Below are positions 43,244-55,900 of a DNA stretch of 64,000 bases, one piece after another. Position numbers and translations under genes: made by a program. This stretch comes from Chrysomallon squamiferum. Taxonomy: Eukaryota; Animalia; Mollusca. Within the stretch, counting starts at the first letter, position 1, and every line of letters begins with the position of its first letter. Where the stretch lies: contig CM022671.1 of assembly GCA_012295275.1 (NCBI GenBank), forward strand, positions 11,284,001-11,348,000, in the 5' to 3' direction. Below the pieces are notes generated by a model, which was given only the letters and a program-made list of their open reading frames with translations, ran no database searches and was not told the DNA's origin.

Positions 43244-46200
43244 TTGTTTGTTTTTCTGTAGAAAATGGTTTCAAATTTATTATACTAATTATAAAAGTTC
43301 TTATGAAACTACAAGTAAATATAAAAATACTGTTATTTGTTAAATAGGCAGTGATACAGTTTTAATGGAACTAAAGGTAAATGTTATTTGTTAAATAGGC
43401 AGTGATACAGTTTTAATGGAACTAGAGGTAAATGTTATTTGTTAAATAGGCAGTGATACAGTTTTTTAGAGGTAAATGGAATGGAACTAGAGGTAAATGT
43501 TATTTGTTAAACAGGCAGTGATACAGTTTTTTTAAAATTTGGAGGCTGATACAGTTTTAATAAAGAGGTAAATGTTATTTGTTAAATAGGCAGTGATACA
43601 GTTTTAATGGAACTAGATGTAAATGTTATTTGTTAAATAGGCAGTGATACAGTTTTAATGGAACTAGAGGTAAATGTTATTTGTTAAATAGGCAGTGATA
43701 CAGTTTTAATGGAACTAGAGGTAAATGTTATTTGTTAAATAGGCAGTGATACAGTTTTAATGGAACTAGAGGTAAATGTTATTTGTTAAATAGGCAGTGA
43801 TACAGTTTTAATGGAACTAGAGGTAAATGTTATTTGTTAAATAGGCAGTGATACAGTTTTAATGGAACTAGAGGTAAATGTTATTTGTTAAATAGGCAGT
43901 GATACAGTTTTAATGGAACTAGATGTAAATGTTATTTGTTAAATAGGCAGTGATACAGGTTTAATGGAACTAGAGATAAATGTTATTTGTTAAATAGGCA
44001 GTGATACAGTTTTAATGGAACTAGAGATAAATGTTATTTGTTAAATAGGCAGTGATACAGTTTTAATGGAAAACAGTCAGCCAGGAACTGCAGAAGAACA
44101 TGTGATTCAGCAGTTGATGGACAGGTTTAATAATGAGAAAATATTCATTAAAGAAACACTCAAAGGTAAAAATTACTGGAAATTCTTTTACTTCATGTTG
44201 ATTTTTTATAATCTGAAAAATAAATTTTGATTTAATTTAATTTTGGTTTGTTTTTGATCTGTTGGTTTTTGTTTTCTGTCTCAGATTCTTTTTTTAATTT
44301 TTTTTTTTTTTTTTAATTATTATTTAAATAGTTTATCTTTTTTCTTGTCTAATGATATAAATTACATTTATATATTTTATTTTTCCTATCTGAAATTTTA
44401 TGTTATATTAATAAAAGGCTCCTATGGGAAAATGCTGACTCCAAGTGATCGTGAAATTCTGATGTCTCGGATACTCAGAGAAATAGCTCTCATTCATGGC
44501 TGTGACAAATTCAAGATGGCTGCCACATTTACTGGACTACTGGAAAGGCAGACTATTGCTAAAAATGCCTGGTATTTCTTTGTGAAAATATGTAATCATT
44601 TTCAAAATTAGCAAAGAAAGACAGACAAAAAAAAAATAAAAAAAATATTTTTATGGCCATAATTAATTCAATATTTTGATACAGCTATATGTTAACTTTT
44701 CAGTTCTAAAATTTGCAAATGTGCCCAAAATCCTTAGAAAAACACATTCACAAATTTAATTTAAATTTTTGTTGTAATTTCTTTTTATCAATATTATTTA
44801 TTGGTTAATTGTGATGTTGTTTTTTAACATTGTTTTTCTTTTTTCCTTAGTCTGTCCAATGACAGAAACCGATACAAAGCAGTGGCTGAGGGTGAGTGGG
44901 TGAAACTGAAATCAGTGAGCAAATCCAGTAAAAACAAAACTTCTGTTGAGATTGTACAGTCTCCAGACAGACTCTCACTTCAGGTTTAAAATGTTTTAAA
45001 TATTTTAGTATTAAATACAAAAAAAAATAATAGAAATTATTTGAGTATTTAATGCCATATAGAATATATAACTGCTTTTATTAATTTATTAAAATAATTA
45101 AATAGTTTGATAACCAGAGACAAGTACATACATGCTAGGACAGTGAACAAAAAAGGATTAAAAAATTCACAAACAATTTTAATAAAAACAATTTACAAAC
45201 TGTTTTATTTATCAAGATGATTTTTTTTTTTTTTTAAATAATAGTAATTTTTTAATTATCAGTCATTTTAATTTTTTATTTTTTTGTGAGGATAAATATT
45301 CTTATTTTATTTTTTAAAATGTTAATTTTATTTTTTTAGAGTTTTTCTTTTTAATCACCATTTTCAGAATAATGTTCTGGCCATGCTGAACAGCTTACAC
45401 CAAGAAGAGAGACAGTTTTTATTGCAGTGGCTTGATGTGAAGAAAGATGTAGAAATTGAGAATTTTGCCAAACTGAGTTCACAGCAAGAAAGAACTGACC
45501 AACTAGCTGCACTGAAAGTTTGCAGAAGCAAGCTGAAAGATGGTAAATTATAATTACATTACACACTTACTTCTGTGGGTACAGATGTATCCTTTTACTT
45601 AAAACTGTTAAATTATTTTAGAAAGTCTGATTGTGATCAAATATGATATTTATAAGCTTTTTTCATTTTCTTAAATCTTTGTTTCTTTTAAATAATTCTT
45701 TTTTTTTCTTCTTTTTTTATACTGTTAATATCTGCTGACAGAATTAAAAATATTTATGTTAAACATTTTTCTTCTGAAATGAATGAACTACTGTATTTTC
45801 AATAAACACATTAAAAACAATATTTCACAGAAATGTCTGTATGCTGTTAACCTCTAAATAGAGAAAATAATTCATTTTGTTTGCTTTCTTTTTCTCTTCT
45901 TTTTTAAAAGTTAAAGAGGACTGTTAGAAACTTTGTAATAATAAATTAATCATTAACAGGTATTGAAATAATGTCTTTAATATTAAAATAATTATTCAAA
46001 ATTTAACATTAAAATAAAAAAACAAATTCTAAGTGTGTTAAAATATAAAGTTAATTAAAATATTAATTCAAATTTAGTTTATTACTATTCATTCAAATCT
46101 TAGTTGACTAAAAAATAATTAAAATAAATAATTCAGTCAAAAAATATAATTCAGATTTCAGTTTATTAGAATATTTTAAATATTATATTAATTAAAATAT

Positions 46201-49200
46201 AATAATATTATAGCTTCTTAATAATTAAAACGAAAGAAGTAATTACTTTATCAAGCACTGTAATTGTTGTTACTAGATGATGTTAAGGAAAATTCTGCAG
46301 TACTTGAAGAAGCTGCAGTGCTGAAGAAAGAATGTCGCCGATTCAAACTGGCTGGTCAAAACAGAAATGGTGATGATGTTACCGACACTGATGTTGTTGT
46401 TTCTCTTCTTGCCGATCTCCTGCTACAACAGAATTCTGATGCAGAACTCTATCTGCGAAAATTTGCCACTGCTGTAAATATTAAAATATTGTTTTGTTTG
46501 ATAAATAATTACAAGCACAAAAAACAATGATGATAATATAACAAAAGGCAAATATTTTATCAAAACATAATTTATATATAACCGTATGCAAGCTGTAACT
46601 AAACTGGATATAGAAGCATTAGTTATATAGGAATGTCAGTCATCAGAAGAAACACAAATTTTAAACCTTTTTGCAGTCATTTTCTACAATTTATTATTTT
46701 TACTACTTTTTTTCCTCTTTTTTTAGTTTTTTTTACATTTTTTAATGAAGCAAATATTTTACATTAATAAAATGCATACTGTTTTATTCCTTTACTATAA
46801 AAATTAAAATTGATCAGTAATAACAATGCCGATTTTATATATAAGAATTTTAATTTGGGTTTGAAAGTTGATTAAATAGGAAAACTGATAAATTAATTAT
46901 TTGTTAATCAGTATTTAATTTATTTTTGTTCATCTAATTTTATATCAGCCTCTACTGTAAAGATAACGAATTTATTAATAAATATTTGTATTTCAGGGTG
47001 TGGATGAATTGGCCAGTATGCAGACTGTGATCAAGTTTTACACTGACTGCAACCACTGTGAAAATGTGGCCACTGTTTTGTTTTCAGCAGAGGATCTGAG
47101 CCTGTCTTCTGAAGAAGAACTGACCCAGGCTGTAGAAAGCAAGTACAGTGCCCTGAATGACAAACTACTTGCAGAGGCTTTGATGAAACAGGTGAAATTA
47201 AGTTGCTTAATTTGGAGAGTAATATATATTAAATTGCTATGGATACATATCTGTTATAAATATGTGTCTATTATTGTATTATATGTTGTTATTTAGCTTT
47301 ATAATTTTGAAAATATGCATGGTAGGATTATATAATTGAATACTGGAAGTAACTCAGTGAAATATAAAGATTTTGGAAATTATGTTAATGGTTTTTTCTC
47401 TTCTTTTTAGTTTTATTAATTACAATTCAAGTCAAATTTTATAAATGTTTTGAGAATTTTTAATGGTGTTAGTTTTCCTCTTCTTTGTTTTTTTTATGTT
47501 TTTTTTTATAAATTTGAATTGAATTTGGTTGTGTTTGGATCAGATAAAACTTTGTGATTTTGTTTGCAGGTTGGCGAGGCTAAGTGGCTTGATCTTTCAG
47601 AACGTGAACGCCAGCAACGTCTAATGATGTTGAAACTGAAACAAAAACAACTACAACGTGACGGCAAATATGATGAAGCTGCAGCTCTTTTAGGTCAGGA
47701 AAACAGAAAAGTTAAAGTTGTAAAAATGACTAAATAAGTTGATTTACTAACGAACTGGAGGATGATAGAATGAAGGAATTAATTAATATTCAGACTGTTA
47801 ATGCACTTTAATACAAATTTCCTTTTAATCCATGTATAACATAAGACATTTTCTGACACATAGATGTCATATAATACTCTGATTATATGTTTCTTATACT
47901 CAGATTTTCTCTTAGAGATGTAGTAACCCTTTGTATTACAGAGTAGTATTTTGATATAGAGATGCTCTATGTTGGACAGGTGATGCACTGAAAGACCAGG
48001 AGGCTCTGAAGAAACTAATGGGTGATTCTCAGGCAGATTATGAAAGGAAGCTGAAACAGAGGCTGGAAAAGAGGAAAGAGAGGCTTGACAAAGGTGAATT
48101 GATTTTGAATCCTATTCAGCTTGTTTTATTCACAAACATTTAGTTATAATTATTTTGATGGAAATGCATAAAGTAATTTTCAGAGTAGTTTGATAGTGTG
48201 GAACACATGAAACATCTAGTAAGTAGAATTGTTGAAAAATGTCAAATTAGAATAGAAAATTTGTAAATCCAATGACCAATTACTCATCTGTTTAATTAAC
48301 TGTAATATCAACTGCAAATAATAATTAGCTGATTTATTATTTTCTTTAAGTTTGATAACCTCACTAAAGATCTGTGCTTTTCTTTTTATGTTTATTTGCA
48401 TGTGTATGTCTGTTTGGGTGTATGTGCATGTGTATTTATTTGTGTGTCTTTGCATATATGTGTGTGTGTTTATGTCTGTGTGTATGAAAGAGATAAAATA
48501 AAATAACTGTTTTCATTTCAGGTTTGTCAGAGGAGGAGTGTAATATTCTGGAGGAGGAGGATATTCAAAAAGAAGAAGAAGAAGAAAACAAAGAGAAGAA
48601 AAATATTCTTCTTGAACTGGAAACACGTTTAGTTCAGGTTTCAGTATTTATTTTTCAAAATCATATTATGTTGTTTTTGAAAATACAGTTTAAAAGAAGA
48701 GATATCTGTTTTTCTGTAGTTATTGTAGTTATTGTGTGTGATAAGAATTAGAGTTCATGATGTCATTTAGTAACTGCAAAGAAAACTCACATAAACAAAT
48801 GTTATGTATTCACTATATTTCAATGTTCTTTAGAAAAATAGTAGTCTTCTTTCATGTTTTTTCTAAAACAAAATGATGAATGTTTCTTTCAGGAGAAGGA
48901 TTTAATACTGAATCAGATGAAACTTGCTGAAAATGAATATGAAAGAGAACAAGAACGACAGAGAACTCTGATTCGACTCAAACGAGAGCAGAGGCGTGTT
49001 CACCAGGAAGACAACTTTGTCTCAGCCGCACGCTTGCTGGGGATATCAGAACACAACGCAAACAAGTGAGACTCCACAGTGCAAAATACTTTAAAATCTG
49101 ATATAATTTATTCTTGATTCAAAAAGTTTATAATCCTGTAAATTTGAACTGTTTAAGTTTGTTGTTGATTTTTGTCTTTAATACAGTTAGTAAAAACAGC

Positions 49201-52200
49201 AATGAAAGTATATCTGTAATGGTAATAAAAGTAACTGACAACATATTTAAACAGCAGCTGTTTTATTTAATCCTCTCTGTCATATTTTTACTGTCCAGTT
49301 TTATAATCCAATTATTAAACTGTAGAGTAAAGGAAAATGTTTGTTACTAGATTAAAAACTCAGCAAGAAGAAGAACGAGCCAGACAAGAGAAACTGGCCC
49401 AGCAGAGACTTGAGAAGGCAAGAAGCCGAAAAAAACAAGACAACACATCAACACAGCAAGATGACGATGATGTAAATCTGAATGTGGACGACAAGAGTCT
49501 GCTTGAAACATTGTTGAAAATTGCAGATCAGAAACACACACTTGAACGCAAATACTTCACTGAGGTAAGTTGAGTGTTTTTACTTGATTGTAACAAATGA
49601 ACGCTGTGAGGCACTGCTGATCAAAGAAGTTGTTTCAACCAGTTAAATTAATTTGACTGATTTACATTAATAAATGTTTTGTATTGTAAAATACAGTCAG
49701 ATGATTTTTACATAAAATAAAATACCAGGTTTAAGTTCTGTAAGCCAGATTATAATATGTTTTTTTCACAAATACACACTTTAGCACATTTTCCTATGGA
49801 AAATTTTGCAACTGGTATCGTTAAAAAAATATGTGTATAAATTATACAAAATATGAAATATAAGAAATATAAAAATTAGTGTCTGCAAAATTGTGTTTCT
49901 GTCTTTTTTTATTGATAAACAGAAATTCATGATTGGTTATTTTCAGCTGCTGTTTGAGGATAATGCAAACACAGAAACACTGGATCAAGTAACAAACTCA
50001 GAAATAGATTCTCGTCTTGAGAATCTCAGAGAACTGAGAGAGAACTGGAAAAAGTCAGATGATTCTTTACCAGAACAACAAACAGCCATATTTCAGGTTT
50101 GTTGCTGTTGTTGGTGTGATATACTGAAATCAGTTATATTTGTTATTCTCTTACTATTATTAATTAACTGAGTCATTGAGATGACTTTTTTTCTCATGTT
50201 GAATTAATTGTATGTGTACTCATGTTTTATTTTCTTAAATTCAGGAAGCTATTCACCTGAGTATGGAATTGAAGAAAAGAAATCTAAAGGAAAGAGGTCT
50301 GCCACATTCTGCTGAAGACTGCCAGGTTTCTCTACTGACTGACCTGCAGCAGTGTCAGGACAGAGAAATAGACTCACTAATGTCACAAGCTGAAAATAAG
50401 GTGAACTAATCTTGGTTATTTTATCATTAACAACTGCTGTAAAACCCCGTTTTCATTTTTTTTTATTGTTATGATAATATGTGAAATGAAGGCCAAAGTT
50501 GCCATTCCATTGGCTTCTCTTATTGAGCAGCAGCAAAGAATCTTTTATGATTTCCCAAAGATAGGAAAGTGTTTGATTGTAGATTTATGAAACACATACA
50601 CATACACACACAATTTTTGGTATCTAGAAATTCATTAAGTTCATTTAATATTTTTAAATGTCTACACTTCTTTTTTCTACAGGACACAGATTTTTTGAAA
50701 GCACTCTGTGAGAAGCAGATTGAAGACAAAAAGAAAGGAACATGTGACAACATAGCAAACATTGTATTGTCAGCTGAAGGTGCCCAGCTGCCAGCCACAG
50801 AGATCTTGTCAGAGGAAATGACACCAGAAAAACAAGTCATTGACGCTTTGGAGAAGAAATATGATGTTTTGAAAGATAAACTGATCGTTGAGGTAACTGG
50901 AAAATAAATACTTCTTTTAACTTTCATTCCTTTTTCTTTACTTTACTTTATTTAAATTGTTTTTGTTCTGTTATAAACTGGTATTTTCAACTAGTCACTT
51001 ATTATTATTTGATTCTTGGTTATTTTTATTACATTTGTAATTGGATGATTTAAAGATAACTATATGTAGCATTTTTTAAATTATTAAAATTAAAGGCTAG
51101 ATTCTTGTGAACCAACATTAATACAAAAAAACTGCCTTTTTTAACAAGGGAGGTAGGGTGTGTGTTTAAATGAAAATATAATCATATTTGTGGCATTTTT
51201 TTTAGGCACTAATGAAGCAGATGGGGGAGGCAGAATGGGAACATTTGTCAGAGTTGGAGAGGCAGAAGCATCTTATTAAGATGCGACTCAAAGAAAAACG
51301 TTTAAAAAAGGAAGGAAAGATGGATGAAGTAGCTATGTTATTAGGACAACATCTGCAGAATGAAGAAGGTAGATATGAAATGAGATTATAATGTGGTTAG
51401 TGTATGTTTAAAGGTAACAGGTCACATGATAATCCTTTTAATAGTCCTTCAAATCTCTATTCCATTCCAGTCAGTTCAACAGAATTAGTTCTTAAAAGAC
51501 TGTGGTGAGTGTATTTTTATCTGCAGGAATCTGCTTATAAAACAGCTGTTGCTTGTTAAAACATGGCAGCTTAGCATCATTGTTTCATGTCTCATATCAT
51601 CATAATAAGACAAATTTAAAAATGTTCACTGTACATGAAGTATATTCATTTTAATAGTTTTGAAATAGCAGTTAATATTATCAGTATTACTAAAAGTATT
51701 TAAATAGAATGAATTTGATTTTTGTCACAGAAATAGCCAAGCTGCTAGATGACACACGACTAAGTCAGAAAGAACAGCTGAAAGCAAGGTTAGCGCGTCA
51801 CAGACAACTGAAGGCAGAGCGCGAAGCTCAGGGCTTGTCTGCTGATGATGACACACTGAATGAAATTCTGCAGAAAGAAGAGAAAGAGAAACCATCAAGA
51901 AAAGTGAGTAGCAGTTTGTAGAATTAACATTAAGTTAAGATTAACAAAACCCATTTTAATACTGACTAAATGACTACCTCAAAATTTGATGACACAAACA
52001 GATATTTGCCAGATTAACTAGATAATTAACTGGAATCTGTAACTGAAGATGTTATACATGATGACATTTCTTACAGAATATTCTGGAGACTCTTCAGACT
52101 CAGTTTGAAGATGAGAAAAGCCTGTTACTGTCCAATCTTGCCAGACAGACTGACCACATCCAGGCAGAGAGAGAAAGACAACTGACCCTGGCCAGACTCA

Positions 52201-52384
52201 GACGGGACAGGAAAGTGCTACAACGAGAAGACAAAATCGACTCAGCATTCGCCATCTTCAGCCTTGGACAGCAACATGAAGCAAACAAAGAAAAAAGGTC
52301 TCACTTTAGCTTTCAGAATACATAATGGTTTTTTGTGAAAATGAATGAATGCAGAAACATACAAACAAACACACATTCGCACAA

Positions 52385-52439
<55 letters not shown>

Positions 52440-52897
52440 ATATGTGCTCACATACATACACACACAAACATACATGTGCATTTCCTTTCAAAAAGTATTT
52501 ATAGGTCCTTTGTTCATATTTGTTTGTCTAAAATTAATTTTAAAATAATATTCTTTTTGAAAATGAAAATCAAACATTACAGCTCATTTTATTTATTTTA
52601 TTTTTTGTTTTTTGAAGTTATTTTCAAGAAAAGGAGAGACAGAGAGTTTTGGCTCAAGAAAGACTGGCAGCTAGAAGAAACAAAAAGAATCCTGTAGTAG
52701 AAGCTGATTCAAGTAAATTAGAGCAGCAGTTAGCAGATGAAATAAAAACTGCTTCTGAAAACAAAGGTAGGGAAAGAGACTATCTTCACAAATTTCAGAA
52801 TAAATTTTGTATCTCATACATTTTATGAAAAGATAAACATGGCTTAAAGTAAACCAAAATATAGTAAATATATTTCTTGTTTATATCTGTGTGTGAT

Positions 52898-52941
<44 letters not shown>

Positions 52942-55900
52942 TTTTTGTGTGTGTGTTAGCATATATTTCAAGGGGACTCTGATATTTATTTTTTCTCACT
53001 AAAAAAGATAATAGTAGTGCTTGAGAAAAATGAACTCGGATGAATACTGTGGGCAGAGAGAGTGAGTAGGGAGGGTGTTAAATTATCTTTAATTCAGATC
53101 AGTTAACATTTTGCTGAACTAATGTTTTTTATTGTGATAACAGCTACTGAAAGTGTTCAAGACTCTGTGCTCAGCAGCACTGACAGTTACCACGGCAGTG
53201 AGAGAGAGCTGCTACTACAGCTGTTACAATCATTTGAAGAAAGCAAGAAAAAGAAATCAATTAAAAAGATGTCACAAGAGGTACATTTTTTTTTAATGTT
53301 CTGATAAATTATTACTGGTTGTCTTCAAAATTTTCTCTGTGAACTTTTTTTTTATTTTGGTTTTGGTTTTGATTGAAGGAAATACAGAAATAAAAAGTTT
53401 TGAATAGAAAAGGGTCATAATGTGAAAAAAAATATATAAATTTAACACTGCTTGAAAGTCATTTATCACATACTGCTTTGAAGTGGAATTTATTGATCAA
53501 CTAAGAAGATACTGGAATTAGATAGATTACAGAACAGAAAATTAAAAAAATTGTAAAACAAGTTTTGTAAGATAGTTACTTAGGCCATTTTGCTAATATA
53601 TAATTAAAAAAAGTTTTTGAATTTATTTCTTCATCTTTTTCTTCTTAAATTCTTATTCATACATCTTCATTGTTATTGTCACCATTATTTATTTATATTA
53701 TATTATATTATATTATATTATATTATATTATTTTATTTTATTTTATTTTATTTTATTTTATTTTATATTATTGTATTATGTTACTTTATAATTATTTTAT
53801 TTTATTTATATTATAATTATTTTTATTTTTATTTTTATTTGTTTGTAGGATCTGAAGAGAGAACTGACAAAGCTTCAGGGAGAACACAAGAAATGGCTAA
53901 GCCAGTCACAGCACACAGTGGTGAAAAAGAAAGGCCATTGTAAGCCTGCTGAGGTAGCGAAACGCAGAGCTCAACAGTTTAAACTGCTCACAAAAGTCAT
54001 GTCATACAAACTTGAAGGTAATTCATTTTTTTTTTATTCACTTTTAAATCTTTATTTGGGAATTCATATGTATATTTATTATTATTATTATTATTATTAT
54101 TTTAATGTTAATATATACTGTTATAATCAAATTATTGTTGTTGTTATTGTATGTTTTATTTTATTTTAATATTTTAGAGCTCAGTCATTTTAGATCTTTA
54201 CATTAGTGTTGCATCAAAGACCAGGACTCCTTTTTGTTTCCATATTGTGGGAAGGTATAGCAACTCCATAATAATATTTTTTTAATTGGCTGTAATCTGA
54301 GAGATCATCAATAACAGAAAAGAACTGATACTTGTCAACCAATAAATGTTTATGTTAAATTTACTGATGTGTTGTTAAAAACAAATATATATTTTTTGTT
54401 TATAGTGGAAGAACGACATCTTAAGGCAGTGAAACCAAACTTGGACCCAGCCAACGTAAGAGAAGATCTGTCTGTCAGTCTGTTATCAGATCTGCAGCAG
54501 AAACACACAGAGGACATGAAAGCCATTCACAATCTGATTAGAGAAAAGGTAACATTAAAATTGTAATTCATATTTTGGTTTTCAAAAACTTAAAATAGAA
54601 ATTGTTATTAAAGTTCAGTTTTAAAAATAGAAAGATAAAAATAAGAATTTCATGTACAAAATAAATATTATAATAACATTTCCCAATCTGATTATTAATA
54701 AAGAAAAAAACCCCAGAAATGTTTAATCATAATTATTATTTTTGAAACTGGCAGAGATTTAACATTTTCATTTTGAATTTAATTTCAACAGGATGATGAC
54801 TTTGTGACCAAGTTTAAGGATTTACAAGAGACAGCTCGACTGGAAGGCTGGTTCAATAATCTGACGTCTGTTCTCTTCAGTGTTCACGAAAATGACTTAG
54901 ACATTGCTGAAAAAAAACTGGAAACAGAGTTTGAGAAAGAGAAGCAAGAACTGTTAGAAAAAGGTTCTGTTATCATTTTTCTTTTGTTTTTTCTTTTGTG
55001 TGTGTATGTGTGTGTTTGCATCATATCTAGATATATATACATACATATATATGAAGTCATACTACAGTAGGTTTATATGTAGAAAGTTTATGTCAGTGAT
55101 TTATAGATGTATTTAAAAACGTAATAATAATAATATTATCTCTTTTTTTCTTTATTTAAAAATTTCAAGAATGTTAGTTATGATATTTTTTAAATATTCA
55201 AACTAATGATCACAGTGAACATTACTTACTTTTAACAGTTCAGGGAGATGAAAGTGCCGATGTTGAGACATTGCTGAAAAACCTGGAGTCAAAGTTTGCA
55301 AACAAGAAAAAAGTAAATGTTTCAAATGATTATTAAAACTAAGAATTTTCTTATTATATGAGTATGTTTTTGTTTCTCTATGTATACATGGCTATTGCAT
55401 GGCTGTTGCATGGCTATTGCATCTATGTTGGATGTTTTGTTTGTTTGTTGTCATTTTTTATATACGTGTGGGTATGATGCTTGAATGTATTTGGAAAAGT
55501 GTTAGTTTAAACCAGTTTGGGAAAGACTGATTTTGTATATAGGCCTATAAGTGTTCATTTATGTGAGTTTGGTGAATGTTTGGATACTTGCTCTTTCAAT
55601 GTAGGAATGAAATCGAGTAAAATACTTGTTTCTCAGCATGCTGCTATTTTATTTTTCATTTGATTTCTTTACAACAGGAAGTTATGTCTAACTTGGCTAG
55701 GGAAAAACAGCTGATACAAGATCAGCTTAAAGAGAATGAAGACACTTCGACATTTGAACTGAAAAAAATAGCTGAGAATCAGACACTTGTGAATACAGTG
55801 ACAGCTGATACCAACAAGTCCATCAGTTTGGTGAGTTTATTTGTTTGCAAAGTTGTTTTACTGTATGACTTTCCAGGTCTTAACCAATTTTGTCACAATT

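Noticed and set aside
40122-44071. CRISPR-like appearance of the two arrays
   Set aside because: Units are head-to-tail without unique spacers, lie in spliceosomal introns, and no cas genes are present.
50520-50927. Antisense ORFs over exons (also 32581-32839, 37091-37408, 52100-52288)
   Set aside because: Shadows of + strand coding exons.
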